This document shows, in pieces, positions 19,232 through 30,020 of a stretch of 64,000 bases of DNA (the first letter of the stretch is position 1; each line of letters opens with the position of its first letter). Origin of the DNA: Pseudomonadota bacterium. GTDB taxonomy: Bacteria; Desulfobacterota; Desulfobacteria; Desulfobacterales; RPRI01. The stretch is taken from assembly GCA_043825875.1 (NCBI GenBank), contig JBDRRF010000038.1, forward strand, positions 26,830 to 90,829. The letters run 5' to 3'. The translations under genes were made by a program, and so were the position numbers. A model generated the notes under the pieces. It was not told the DNA's origin. It saw only the letters and a program-made list of their open reading frames with translations, and did no database searches.

Positions 19232-21661
19232 TTAAGAAGATATATTCTCCGGTAGTTTATAATCCTTGAAAAATTGCCATATGATCTCATTGGCATCAAG
19301 ATTGACTGCTGTTTTGCCGAATATTTTTTCCGGAAAAAACTTAGGCCTTCCGGGCCATGTATGGCCGCCTTCTTCTATTTTGTAAAATACTACTTTTACT
19401 TCTTCACTACCTTTTCCATACATATAGCATTTTATCGAAAGATCCGATGGCCCTTTTTCCAGTTCGGTATAAACAGGTTCCGAATCACAGCCGTTTTTAT
19501 CTACCCACCATTGCACAAATTCTTCGGAAGACAAACTCGCTCCCTTATAAGTACCGGCAGTTCCGCCTTCATAATAAGCAAATACATCGTTTGTCCCATG
19601 AAAATAGATTACAGGCACAGGACGATCAGGGTGCCACTTTTTGTCCATATCTTTAAATATTGTTGCGGAAACAGGAGCTATAGCCGTTATCTTATTTGCA
19701 AATGCAGCTGCCAAATAAATGGCCATGCCACCGCCGTTAGAATATCCGGTTACATAAACACGCCTTGGATCGATGGGCGCTTTTTCTATCAATTTATCAA
19801 TTAATGCCGATAAGAACGAAACATCGTCAACTTCCGGTATCCGGCAATCATTCCAATGCAACCTGCCTTTATATGTTCCTATCGCATCGGGATATACCAC
19901 AACAAAGTTTTTTTCATCGGCAATATCGGACCAACCTGAAATTCTCTCCATTTGCAGTCCTGTCATTTGGCCGCCATGAAGCATCAGTACTAAAGGCAGG
20001 CGATTACCGGGTGTAAAGCCAACAGGCATATGAACACGGTATGTACGCTTTCGATCATCGAACATCATTGAACAATCATACTTGCCGGAAGATTCAATTA
20101 CTTCTTGTAATGCATATTGCTCTCGAAGCACACGTTTTAATTTCTTTCCCGAAGTTGAAGAAGGAATCTCATCTATAAATATTACTTCTTTCGGCTTTTT
20201 ATGTGATGCAAGCTTATCTTTAACATAATCTATGATATCTTGTTCGCTTACCATTGCATTTTTTTTGGGAACCACATAGGCAACAAGCCTTTCTCCCCAA
20301 TTCTGATCAGGTACCCCTATTACCGAAGAATCGTAAACATCCTTATGAGTGTGCAGTACTTCTTCTATTTCGGCAGGATAGATATTTACGCCCCCGGATA
20401 TAACCATATCAACATCCCTGTCCGCGATATAATAATAACCGTCCTTATCCATACTAGCCATATCGCCTACCGTAAAATAGCCGTCATAATAAATTGCTTT
20501 TGTTGCTTCTGGTTTTTCATGATAGCCGCTTAGCAGAAAAGAGCTCTTTACATATATTTTACCAATTTCTCCGATTTGCACCTCAGTATTATTTTCATCA
20601 AGCAACTTGATTTCTACACCTGGGGCCGCTTTTCCGCAGCTTCCCGGCTTTTTTAATTGGTCTTCAGGTATCATAAATGTCACACAGCTAAGCTCGGTTC
20701 CTCCATACATTTCATAGATCTTATCGTTTCCGAATATCTCAACCGCTTTTTTCTTAAGAGCAAACGGGAAAGCCTCTCCGGTTACTATTATCAGGCGAAG
20801 AGAAGAAAAATCATATTTTTTTAATATTTCTTCAGGCAAACTACAAATTCGATTCAACATGGTAGGAACTACAAAAGTAGTTGTAACACGATGTTTTTGT
20901 ATAAGTTCAAGAAAATTTACGGCATCAAATTTCGGCATAATTACAACGGGGTTTCCAAAAAGAAAAGAACAGCTTGCAAAACTCAAAGGAGCGGTATGGC
21001 ACAAAGGGCCTGCCACAATGTGTTTATCGCTAAAATCCCAACCTGTTATGAATGCATACAAAAGCATCATGTTCAATCTGTTTTTACTGTTTCTGACAAC
21101 ACCCTTTGGTCTGCCTGTTGTGCCGGAAGTATATATCAATGAAGATGCCATTCCAAGAGAAGGATTTTGCAAACCCGGATCAGTATCATTATCAGCATTG
21201 ATAAGATCTTTAAATCCAATTGAGTCTGATTTTACAGGCCCGTTCGCACAAACATATATCAGATCCGGATTTTCGATTTTATCCTTAACTCCGGAAATTA
21301 TCTTTTCAAATTGATGATCGTAAATTAAAATCTTTGATTTAGAATCATTTACGATATGGGCTACTTCATCTTCTTTAAAACGATAATTAATAAATACAGG
21401 CGTAGTATAAATCTTACCACATGCATGCCATATATATATCATTTCAGGGCAATTGGACATGAGAACCGAAACCCTGGAATTGGCTGCAATTTTATGCTGC
21501 AATAAAGAATTAGCTAAAATATTACCGGTTCTATCAAGCTCTTTATATGAGACAGTAATATCTTCCATAATAATAGCCGGATGTTCCGGGGTTCTTTTTG
21601 CGTGATTTGCTATCCCAAGCTTTTCTGTGCCAATGTTTTTTATATAATCATCAAGATCCAT
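19232..21661 (-). CDS. Fusion: AMP-dependent acyl-CoA synthetase + LpqC/PHB-depolymerase-like esterase
   Basis: YTSGTTGRPKG, YGGTE, GD..MD.DGY, GGVNIYPAEIE; then LHGG, VVVYPD, GYSNGG, GGHTWPG. Confidence 0.88.
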   Translation of the reverse strand: MDLDDYIKNIGTEKLGIANHAKRTPEHPAIIMEDITVSYKELDRTGNILANSLLQHKIAANSRVSVLMSNCPEMIYIWHACGKIYTTPVFINYRFKEDEVAHIVNDSKSKILIYDHQFEKIISGVKDKIENPDLIYVCANGPVKSDSIGFKDLINADNDTDPGLQNPSLGMASSLIYTSGTTGRPKGVVRNSKNRLNMMLLYAFITGWDFSDKHIVAGPLCHTAPLSFASCSFLFGNPVVIMPKFDAVNFLELIQKHRVTTTFVVPTMLNRICSLPEEILKKYDFSSLRLIIVTGEAFPFALKKKAVEIFGNDKIYEMYGGTELSCVTFMIPEDQLKKPGSCGKAAPGVEIKLLDENNTEVQIGEIGKIYVKSSFLLSGYHEKPEATKAIYYDGYFTVGDMASMDKDGYYYIADRDVDMVISGGVNIYPAEIEEVLHTHKDVYDSSVIGVPDQNWGERLVAYVVPKKNAMVSEQDIIDYVKDKLASHKKPKEVIFIDEIPSSTSGKKLKRVLREQYALQEVIESSGKYDCSMMFDDRKRTYRVHMPVGFTPGNRLPLVLMLHGGQMTGLQMERISGWSDIADEKNFVVVYPDAIGTYKGRLHWNDCRIPEVDDVSFLSALIDKLIEKAPIDPRRVYVTGYSNGGGMAIYLAAAFANKITAIAPVSATIFKDMDKKWHPDRPVPVIYFHGTNDVFAYYEGGTAGTYKGASLSSEEFVQWWVDKNGCDSEPVYTELEKGPSDLSIKCYMYGKGSEEVKVVFYKIEEGGHTWPGRPKFFPEKIFGKTAVNLDANEIIWQFFKDYKLPENISS

Positions 21662-21677
21662 ATTATATTCTCAATTC

Positions 21678-21841
21678 GAGCCAGTTTCAAAACGCCCCAT
21701 TTTGGCCGATCTCTGCGTTGGGCTCAAATTTCGCACGAAGTGAAGCATTAGCGCTATCCTCGAAATACTTAATGTATTCCTGCGGTTGAAATTTTCTCCC
21801 GCCTTGAGCTTGACCAAACTGAAACGTTTTGAAAGTGGCTC
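21678..21841 (+). mobile_element. MITE-1 copy E (164 bp, single insert)
   Basis: Same TIRs; flanks ATTC / ACTT(C), so the TSD is imperfect. Confidence 0.9.
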
Positions 21842-21844
21842 ACT

Positions 21845-24568
21845 TCATTTGATATTCAATCCAGACCGGCGTCTGAACAGTTTTTCCGCTTCAACAGCTA
21901 AAAATATCACCATGCTGTTTGCCAAAACCATGCCCCAATCCAAAAGGCCCATTGGAACACTATCAAATATTTCGTTAAAAAAAGGCGAATAAGTATAAAT
22001 AATCTGAAGCAGTGTCATGATCAATACACCCGGCCAGATAAATTTGTTGCTCCAAAGGCCCAGCTTCCAGAAAGGTTGAGTTATGGAACGACAATTAAAC
22101 AGGTAAAACATTTCGCCGAATACGAATATATTAACCGCCAGTGTACGGGCCAAATCCTCGCTTTTTCCTAAAACATTAATTTCCAGATTGAAAACTCCGA
22201 AGGCTCCGATAACTAAAAGAACCGTAACCAATGCTATTCGCTGTATCATCGGCTTAGTAAGAATAGGCGTCTTGGGATCACGGGGTGGCCTTTTCATTAT
22301 ACCAGGCTCCTTGGGTTCGAATGCCAGCATCAAACCCAGGAGAAGGGCTGTTGTCATGTTAATCCACAGAATCTGTAGAGGCAGTATAGGCAGTTTGCTT
22401 CCTGATAATACGGCGGCTAATATGACCAAGCCCTCCCCACCGTTTGTCGGAAGAGTCCAGGTGATAAATTTGATCAGGTTATCGAACACCCCCCGGCCTT
22501 CTTCAACTGCAGCTTTAATGGTTGCAAAATTATCGTCAGTAAGCACCATATCCGCCGATTCCTTGGATACTTCTGTACCCGTTATGCCCATCGCAACACC
22601 AATGTTTGCCTGGCGCAGGGCAGGAGCATCATTTACCCCATCACCCGTCATGGCCACTACATATTCCCGTTTTTGCAAAGCCTCCACCAGCCTAAGTTTC
22701 TGCTCGGGTGAAACCCTGGCAAATACTGCCGTGCGATCGGTCTGTTCCTCAAGGTCTTCATCACTTAACATGGCAATATCTTTTCCCGTTAAAACTTCAC
22801 GGGTATGATAAGAACAGCTTTCCCCGCACAAACCTATTTGCCGGGCAATGGCCGCAGCCGTTCCCGCATGGTCTCCTGTTATCATTTTAACACGGATTCC
22901 TGCACTCTGACATCCCTCAACTGCTTCTATTGCTTCGGGCCGTGGAGGATCTATCATTCCCTGAAGACCCAAAAACTCAATACCTTGTTCAACATCTGCA
23001 TGGATAATACCGGCTTTATCGACTCCGACCTGTTTTCGCGCAAAGGCCAGCACTCTTAGACCTTTATCGGCCATTGAATGAACCCAGTCCATGATTGTAT
23101 CATGTCCGGGAAGATCCGGCTGCCCGTCCGGCCCCAACATTATATTGCATTCAACACAAAGACTTTCAACGGAACCCTTGATGTAGATAGTCCGGTGCTT
23201 GTCATTTGCCCTGCTGTGAAGAGTTGCCATATACTGACGTTCGGATTCGAAAGGTATTGTGTCAAGGCGAGGCATTTCATTTTCCAGATTCTTTATATCA
23301 TACCCGGCTTTGACAGCAGATGTAATCAGTGCACCTTCTGTGGGATCACCATCAACTTTCCATAAATCGTCAGTTTTTTTAAGACTTGAATCATTGCACA
23401 ACATGCCGGCTTTCAGCAATTCCTGAAGAGCTATATTTGATTCAAGATCAAAACCGCCGTTAGCATCTTCTATCCTGCCTTCGGGTGCATAGCCAACACC
23501 CGTTGCCATATATAGTTTCCCACCTGCAATTATCTCCTGTACCGTCATCTGATTTTGTGTAAGGGTACCTGTTTTGTCCGAACATATAATCATGGTTGAA
23601 CCCAGAGTCTCTACCGCAGGCAATTTGCGTATGATAGCATTGCGATCGGCCATGCGCGAAACACCAATTGCCAAAGTTATGGTAATTGCTGCCGGAAGGC
23701 CTTCCGGAATGGCACCTACAGCCAGGGCAACAGAGGCCATAAACATTTCTACAAGGTCATTACCACGTAAAAATCCCACTGCAAAAGTCAGTACAGCCAT
23801 TGCCAAAATGGCATAAAGCAATACCTTTGAAAAACTATGAATTTTTTTAGTAAGCGGAGTCTCAAGGATTTTAGCTGATGCAATCAATTCGTTTATTCGG
23901 CCTATCTCGGTACTGTCACCTGTGGATACCACAATCCCCCGTCCACCACCGTAGGTCACAAGGGTGGAAGAATAAGCCATATTGCGCCTATCGCCTACCG
24001 CCATATCGGCTGGAAGCACTGTGTTTTCCTTATGCGTGGGCACACTTTCTCCCGTAAGGGCACTTTCATCAATATGTAACTCACGTGTATGGATCAGGCG
24101 TATATCAGCCGGGACCTTGTCACCCGATCCAAGCATAACAATGTCACCCGGCACAAGCCGGTTTGACGGAAGGCGATGCTTTTGCCCGTCACGTAAAACA
24201 TTAGCCTCGCTTGTCATTGCTTTGCTTAAGGCCTCGATAGCTTTAAGCGCTTTTGCCTCCTGCACAAAACCGATAAAAGCGTTCACTATAACTACGCCAA
24301 AGATTACCGCCGCATCCACGTATTCCTTAAGGAAAAAAGCAATAATTGCCGCCACAAGAAGGATATAAACAAGCGACTGGTTAAATTGCAAAAAGAACCG
24401 GGCGAAAAGCCCCTGGCCTTTTTTCTGTGTAAGTTCGTTTAAACCGAATATTTCCGTTCTATGCAATGCTTCCTGGTCGGACAGTCCCTTTGTTATATCG
24501 GTTTTTAAAACCGTGACTAATTCCTCAACTTCAAGGCCGTGCCAGTTCTTTTCCGTTGATATTTTCAT
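21845..24568 (-). CDS. Cation-transporting P-type ATPase (type IIA, Ca2+-ATPase-like)
   Basis: TGES, IPEGL, DKTGT, TGDGVND, QILWIN. Confidence 0.93.
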   Translation of the reverse strand: MKISTEKNWHGLEVEELVTVLKTDITKGLSDQEALHRTEIFGLNELTQKKGQGLFARFFLQFNQSLVYILLVAAIIAFFLKEYVDAAVIFGVVIVNAFIGFVQEAKALKAIEALSKAMTSEANVLRDGQKHRLPSNRLVPGDIVMLGSGDKVPADIRLIHTRELHIDESALTGESVPTHKENTVLPADMAVGDRRNMAYSSTLVTYGGGRGIVVSTGDSTEIGRINELIASAKILETPLTKKIHSFSKVLLYAILAMAVLTFAVGFLRGNDLVEMFMASVALAVGAIPEGLPAAITITLAIGVSRMADRNAIIRKLPAVETLGSTMIICSDKTGTLTQNQMTVQEIIAGGKLYMATGVGYAPEGRIEDANGGFDLESNIALQELLKAGMLCNDSSLKKTDDLWKVDGDPTEGALITSAVKAGYDIKNLENEMPRLDTIPFESERQYMATLHSRANDKHRTIYIKGSVESLCVECNIMLGPDGQPDLPGHDTIMDWVHSMADKGLRVLAFARKQVGVDKAGIIHADVEQGIEFLGLQGMIDPPRPEAIEAVEGCQSAGIRVKMITGDHAGTAAAIARQIGLCGESCSYHTREVLTGKDIAMLSDEDLEEQTDRTAVFARVSPEQKLRLVEALQKREYVVAMTGDGVNDAPALRQANIGVAMGITGTEVSKESADMVLTDDNFATIKAAVEEGRGVFDNLIKFITWTLPTNGGEGLVILAAVLSGSKLPILPLQILWINMTTALLLGLMLAFEPKEPGIMKRPPRDPKTPILTKPMIQRIALVTVLLVIGAFGVFNLEINVLGKSEDLARTLAVNIFVFGEMFYLFNCRSITQPFWKLGLWSNKFIWPGVLIMTLLQIIYTYSPFFNEIFDSVPMGLLDWGMVLANSMVIFLAVEAEKLFRRRSGLNIK

Positions 24569-24767
24569 TTATTACTCCTAATAAAATATCTGATTATATG
24601 AACTTATTTTATAAATATTATGTAACAAACCCTGATATGGTCAAGAAAAAACCCGCCTGCCAGGCAAAACGTGATTATTCTTATTATATTTCAACTATTG
24701 AAAATCCAGAGATAAAGTAATACATATATGAAATTGAAGGTAATGCTAAGAAAAAAAGGAAACCAGG

Positions 24768-26261
24768 ATGAAAAAACAGGTTGTTGTTAGATTTGCACCA
24801 AGCCCTACCGGTTATTTGCATATTGGAGGTGCGAGAACTGCGATCTTTAACTGGCTTTATGCAAGAAAAACCGGCGGCAAATTCATATTAAGAATTGAAG
24901 ATACAGATGCCGAAAGATCCACGGAAAATTCTATAGAAGGAATAATTGAAGGATTAAAATGGCTCGGACTTTTATGGGATGAAGGCCCGAATTTTCAGAG
25001 CCAATACATTGAAGAACATCAAAGGACTGCACAAAAACTTCTTGAAACCGGATATGCGTATAAATGTTTCTGCACTAAAGAAGATATAGAAAAAAAACGT
25101 GAAGAAGCGGTTAAAGCTAAAAAAACTTACTCCTATGACAGGACATGCCGGAATCTGACCTGTGATCAGACTGCAAAAAAAGAAGCAGATGGATTGCCTT
25201 ATGCAATCAGGCTGAAAGTTCCTGATGGTTCGGGTAGCGTAGTTTTTAATGATGCGGTTTATGGAACAATAGAAAAAAAATATGCAGATATGGAAGATTT
25301 TATAATTGTGCGTTCAAACGGCAAACCTTTATATGTGCTGTCAAATGCGGTTGACGATATAAGAGATAAGGTTACACATATCATCCGTGGCCAGGACGGC
25401 CTTGCCAATACGCCCAAGCAGATACTCTTGTACAATGCTCTTGGTGCGACTTTGCCAGTTTTTGCGCACATGTCTTTAACCCTTGATCCTAAGAAAGCAA
25501 AAATATCCAAACGGAATCATGGCGAACTTGTAGCCGTGCATTTTTACAAACAACACGGCTTTTTGCCCTGGGCCCTTGTTAATTTTCTGGTGCTTTTAGG
25601 CTGGGCAACACCTGAATCAAAAGAAATTTTTTCAAAAGAAGAGCTTATCGAAGCGTTTTCTTTAGAGGGAATAAGCCGGGCAAATTCCGTTTTTAACATT
25701 AACAAGGATGATCCAAAGTACTTTACCGATCCCAAAGCTATAAATGTCAATGCCCATTATTTAAGAACAATTCCTGTACAAGAGCTTTTGCCTTATGTAA
25801 AAAAGCAGCTTGAAGGCGGGGGTTTGTGGAATGACGAATTTGAAACAAATCGAAAACAGGAATTTATCGATATAATTGAACTTGTCCGCAGCAGGTTTCA
25901 TATATTAACTGATTTTACAACAACAGGCAGGGCATTTTTTTCTGATGATTACTTGATAGATGCCGGTGCATTAAAGAAGAATATCCTTAAACACCCTGAA
26001 CTTGCAAAATGGCTTTTATGTCTTGCTGACAGGTTCAATACATTAGAAGATTACAATGCCTCAACAATAGAAACAGTAATTATGGATATGGCTGGTGATG
26101 TAAGCGTTAAACCCGGAATTCTTGTAAACGGTATTCGCATTGCCATAACAGGCCAGGCTGTTGGGCCAGATTTTATAAAATCTCTTATTACAATCGGACA
26201 GAATAAAGTGACGGAACGTCTGGCAAAAAGTCCTTTGTTATTTAAAGATGCAATTTCTTAA
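24768..26261 (+). CDS. gltX: Glutamate-tRNA ligase
   Basis: RFAPSPTG, HIGG, LRIEDTD, KISKR. Confidence 0.92.
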   Translation: MKKQVVVRFAPSPTGYLHIGGARTAIFNWLYARKTGGKFILRIEDTDAERSTENSIEGIIEGLKWLGLLWDEGPNFQSQYIEEHQRTAQKLLETGYAYKCFCTKEDIEKKREEAVKAKKTYSYDRTCRNLTCDQTAKKEADGLPYAIRLKVPDGSGSVVFNDAVYGTIEKKYADMEDFIIVRSNGKPLYVLSNAVDDIRDKVTHIIRGQDGLANTPKQILLYNALGATLPVFAHMSLTLDPKKAKISKRNHGELVAVHFYKQHGFLPWALVNFLVLLGWATPESKEIFSKEELIEAFSLEGISRANSVFNINKDDPKYFTDPKAINVNAHYLRTIPVQELLPYVKKQLEGGGLWNDEFETNRKQEFIDIIELVRSRFHILTDFTTTGRAFFSDDYLIDAGALKKNILKHPELAKWLLCLADRFNTLEDYNASTIETVIMDMAGDVSVKPGILVNGIRIAITGQAVGPDFIKSLITIGQNKVTERLAKSPLLFKDAIS

Positions 26262-26284
26262 AAAGTTAAACTTGAGTCTTATTT

Positions 26285-27799
26285 ATGAACATTTCATATC
26301 TTCTGCTAAACAGTGCAGGAAAATATCCGGATAAAACAGCAATTATTTCGGAAGATAAAGTATTTTCGTATAAAGCATTTAATACAAGAGTAAACTGTCT
26401 GGCTGACGCTATGAGGCAACACGGTCTTAAAGCAGGAGACAGGGTTGCAATTATGTTTTTCAACAGCCATCAGTTTGCAGAAGTATATTTTGCCGTTGTA
26501 AAATCCGGAGCGGTTGCAACACCGGTCAATTTTCGTTTTGTGGCTGATGAGATCGAATATATTATTAATCATTCAAAAGCCTGTTTCTTTTTCTTTGGAA
26601 AAGATTTTGAAGAAACAATATCAATTGCTTGTCACACACTGCCGACAGTAAAGCATTTTGTATGCGTGGATGCACAAAAAGATGGTTTCGCCCATGATTA
26701 TGAAATGTTTTTGTCTTCCGGAAAAGCGGATGATAATTTATTTGATGCAAAAGAAAACGATCCCTGCCAAATAATGTATACATCAGGGACAACTGGAAAA
26801 CCTAAAGGTGCAGTTATTACACACGGCAATATCTTCTGGAATCTTTATAATACAATTTTAGGAAGAGAAGACCACAGCGGTGAAGTATCTCTGATCATCG
26901 GCCCTATGTATCATACGGCCGGTTTGAATAATCATTTTACCATACAGATAGCCTTAGGCGGTACATGTATTCTGATTAAAAAATTCGAGCCTGAAACTAT
27001 TTTAAGATATATCGAAGAAAAAAGTGTGAATGTTATATCCGGCGCCCCCTCTATGTTTAACATACTACTCCAATATCCGAAGCTTGAAGATTATAACACT
27101 TCCTCTATTACCAAATGCACATCAGGAGCAGCCATATTGCCTGTTGAGATCAAGAAAAAACTTTTAAAGGTTTTTCCCAATTCAAACGGAGTTTATGATG
27201 TGTATGGGTGTACCGAGGCATCTCCAACTATTACCATATTAAATGGAAATGATTCTTTTAGAAAGCACGGATCAGTAGGACGTGCCGTAAATTTTTTGCA
27301 GGTCAGAGTGGTTGATGAAGATGGAAATTCCATGCCTGCGGATCAAGCCGGAGAGCTTATCTGCAAAGGTCCGAATATAATGCAGGAATACTACAATGAC
27401 AGCAAAGCAACAAAAGAAGCGATTAAAAACGGATGGCTTTATACCGGAGATATGGCAAAAATTGATAACGAGGGCTATTTTTATATAGTGGATAGAAAGA
27501 AAGACATGATTTCAAGCGGAGGGGAAAATATTTATCCGCGAGAGATTGAAGAAGTACTTTTCGGACATCCGTCTGTTGCTGATGTTGCCGTTATCGGAAT
27601 TCCAGATGCCGTTTGGGGTGAAACCGTCAAGGCTTTTGTGGTTTTGAAAACAGGAGTGACTATGAGTGAGCAGGAAGTAATCAATTATTGTAAAAAGCAC
27701 CTTGCAAGCTATAAAAAGCCAAGAGCAGTAAGTTTTGTTGAATCCATTCCTAAAAATCCGTCAGGAAAAGTTTTAAAGAGGCTGCTCAAAACAATGTAA
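26285..27799 (+). CDS. Long-chain fatty acid-CoA ligase family protein
   Basis: YTSGTTGKPKG, YGCTE, TGD, DRKKDMI. Confidence 0.9.
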   Translation: MNISYLLLNSAGKYPDKTAIISEDKVFSYKAFNTRVNCLADAMRQHGLKAGDRVAIMFFNSHQFAEVYFAVVKSGAVATPVNFRFVADEIEYIINHSKACFFFFGKDFEETISIACHTLPTVKHFVCVDAQKDGFAHDYEMFLSSGKADDNLFDAKENDPCQIMYTSGTTGKPKGAVITHGNIFWNLYNTILGREDHSGEVSLIIGPMYHTAGLNNHFTIQIALGGTCILIKKFEPETILRYIEEKSVNVISGAPSMFNILLQYPKLEDYNTSSITKCTSGAAILPVEIKKKLLKVFPNSNGVYDVYGCTEASPTITILNGNDSFRKHGSVGRAVNFLQVRVVDEDGNSMPADQAGELICKGPNIMQEYYNDSKATKEAIKNGWLYTGDMAKIDNEGYFYIVDRKKDMISSGGENIYPREIEEVLFGHPSVADVAVIGIPDAVWGETVKAFVVLKTGVTMSEQEVINYCKKHLASYKKPRAVSFVESIPKNPSGKVLKRLLKTM

Positions 27800-27919
27800 T
27801 GCAGAAAAGAGCATAAAAATCCGTCTTGACAATATAGTTGTCATCCGGTAGCAAATTCCGTAAGTTAAATTAATGAAGCTAATTGCATCTTAATTAAATA
27901 TCTTAAAGCAGGATAAAAA

Positions 27920-28789
27920 ATGAAAAAACTAACATCAATAGGTACAGGGACTAAACTGTGCGCAGTTATAGGAAATCCGATTTCTCACAGCCTTTCGCCC
28001 GCTATACATAACGCAGGTTATGATGCACTTGATCTGGATTTTGTTTATGTGTCATTTAAGGTTGAAGATGTAAAAAATGCATTGTCCGGTATGAGAGCGC
28101 TTGAGAATTTCAGAGGGATGAGTGTTACTATTCCACATAAAATTGCAATAATTGATCTTGTGGATGAAATATCTGATCTGGATAGAAATATTGGTTCCAT
28201 AAATACGGTAATAAATGAAAACGGCAAACTGTTCGGTTTGGGTACAGATGGTCCTGGCGCTCTTAAGGCAATCCGTGATGCAGGTGTGAATCTTGAAGGG
28301 CTAAATGTATTGATGCTTGGTTCAGGCGGTGCAGCACGCGCTATAGCATTTACTATAGCACATAATACAGGCCTTGCTAAACTTACTCTTCTTGATATCG
28401 ATGCTGACATGCTAAAAAAACTGGCTTCTGATCTTAAAGCAGGTACAGATGCGTCTATTGATTCGGATATGCTTACAGATGAAACTTTATCTGCAAATAT
28501 GAAAGACGCAAATCTTGTTATACACTGCACACCAATCGGAATGCATCCAAAAGAAAATGCCTCGCTTGTTCCGGCAGATCTGTTTAAACCAGGACAGGTA
28601 ATTTTTGATGTTGTTTATACGCCGCTTAAAACAAAACTGTTGAAAGACGCAGAATCTCACGGTCTTAAAACTATTTCCGGGGTAGAAATGTTTATTAATC
28701 AGGCAGTACTTCAATTTGAACGCTTTACCGGTGTAAATGCCCCGGAAGAAGTAATGCGCAAAGTTGTTATGGAGCGTCTTAACTCATGA
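27920..28789 (+). CDS. aroE: Shikimate dehydrogenase
   Basis: HSLSP, SVTIPHK, GSGGAARA, VYTP. Confidence 0.93.
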   Translation: MKKLTSIGTGTKLCAVIGNPISHSLSPAIHNAGYDALDLDFVYVSFKVEDVKNALSGMRALENFRGMSVTIPHKIAIIDLVDEISDLDRNIGSINTVINENGKLFGLGTDGPGALKAIRDAGVNLEGLNVLMLGSGGAARAIAFTIAHNTGLAKLTLLDIDADMLKKLASDLKAGTDASIDSDMLTDETLSANMKDANLVIHCTPIGMHPKENASLVPADLFKPGQVIFDVVYTPLKTKLLKDAESHGLKTISGVEMFINQAVLQFERFTGVNAPEEVMRKVVMERLNS

Positions 28790-29295
28790 ATATTGTATTA
28801 ATAGGATACCGCGGAACAGGAAAAAGCGAAGTTGCAAAAATTCTTTCCGAAAAACTCAAAATGAAAAGCATCGGAATGGATGCCGAAATTGTTAATAAAG
28901 CAGGTCTTACAATTCCGCAAATTGTTGAAAAATACGGCTGGGATAAATTCCGCAGCATAGAAACAGAAGTTGCCCTTGATGTTTCAAAGCTTGATAATGT
29001 TATTGTTGATACCGGAGGAGGTGTTATTGAACGGACGGAAAACATTGAAGCTCTTAAAAAAACCGGAATCATATTCTGGTTAAAGGCTTCTGTGGATGTT
29101 ATTGTTGCGCGCATTGAATCAGGAACCGATCGGCCTGCTTTAACTCAAGGGAAAACATTTACCGAAGAAGTTGCAGAGGTTCTTGATAGAAGAACAGCTA
29201 AATATAAAAGCTCTGCTAAGCATGAAATAGATACTGACCAAATAACTCCAAATCAGGTTTCAGACAGGATTGTTGAAATCTTGAATAAGAAATAG
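28786..29295 (+). CDS. aroK: Shikimate kinase
   Basis: GYRGTGKS P-loop, GWDKFRSIE, TGGG. Confidence 0.92.
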   Translation: MNIVLIGYRGTGKSEVAKILSEKLKMKSIGMDAEIVNKAGLTIPQIVEKYGWDKFRSIETEVALDVSKLDNVIVDTGGGVIERTENIEALKKTGIIFWLKASVDVIVARIESGTDRPALTQGKTFTEEVAEVLDRRTAKYKSSAKHEIDTDQITPNQVSDRIVEILNKK

Positions 29296-29697
29296 CAAAT
29301 ACTCGTTTCTGGTCTGGTGTTGAACTTTTATTACGAGTTAATAAATCCTGCATTTGTAAATTTCCACCTTTTCAATTTATCACTCAACCATCTTACAATT
29401 ATATCTATTTTACTACCCAAAGAAACTTCATCACATGATAATTTTCCCGCCAAAATAAATGATCATTATTTTGGCACAGCCGTCAATTTAATGACGCAAA
29501 ATCCCCTCCTGGTTAGCTTATAGATGTTAATTTGCAGGAGGAATAATTTATTTTTACTTTTTTTAAAGTTTGCTTATATGAGTTATAAACATTCATCCAA
29601 CTAACAGGAATAATATCTATTAATTTTTACTAAACAAACATCGTTACTATCATTAGCAGTAAAACCTTAATTGCCTTAATAGACATACCTTATATTT

Positions 29698-29713
29698 CGG
29701 CATCCAACTTGCT
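29698..29713 (+). promoter_or_regulatory. Sigma-54 promoter
   Basis: CGGCATCCAACTTGCT (GG-N10-GC). Confidence 0.6.
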
Positions 29714-29836
29714 TTATGTAGATTCAAATTGCCTGTGGTTACTACGAGAGCTCTGATTAACTTTGGTTTGCCATATCAGGTGAGGGAACAAAAAATTTAA
29801 TTTGAATGGATGCAAAGCAAAGCTTTCACTACAGGC

Positions 29837-29864
29837 TAAAGTTATCAAGCTTTGCTTCCGATAA
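29837..29864 (+). promoter_or_regulatory. Sigma-28 (FliA) promoter
   Basis: TAAA-N16-TCCGATAA upstream of an MCP operon. Confidence 0.6.
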
Positions 29865-29993
29865 TAGAAGGTAACAAAAGCTGATTTATTAAATCAAGCT
29901 AAATCGAGGCAGAAAGGTGTGACACAGATTGGTCTGATAATTTTGGGTTATTATCTATAGCATCAGGCAATTATTATTATTTAAGGAGGAAAC

Positions 29994-30020
29994 ATGGTTA
30001 AAAGGAGGAAAACATTATGA
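29994..30020 (+). CDS. 8-aa leader ORF MVKRRKTL coupled to the next gene
   Basis: Own AAGGAGG SD; contains a second AAGGAGG; ATGA overlap at 30017-30020. Confidence 0.45.
   Translation: MVKRRKTL

Noticed and set aside
19025..21841. Composite transposon of MITE copies D and E carrying the ligase-esterase gene
   Set aside because: Copy D has its own intact TSD (GTTT) and the outer flanks do not match, so independent insertions are more likely
29470..29530. c-di-GMP-I riboswitch (GACGCAAA) upstream of the MCP operon
   Set aside because: Lacks the GGCAAAC / GAAA tetraloop stem and lies upstream of the predicted promoters; only a CGTCA-N6-TGACG palindrome is evident
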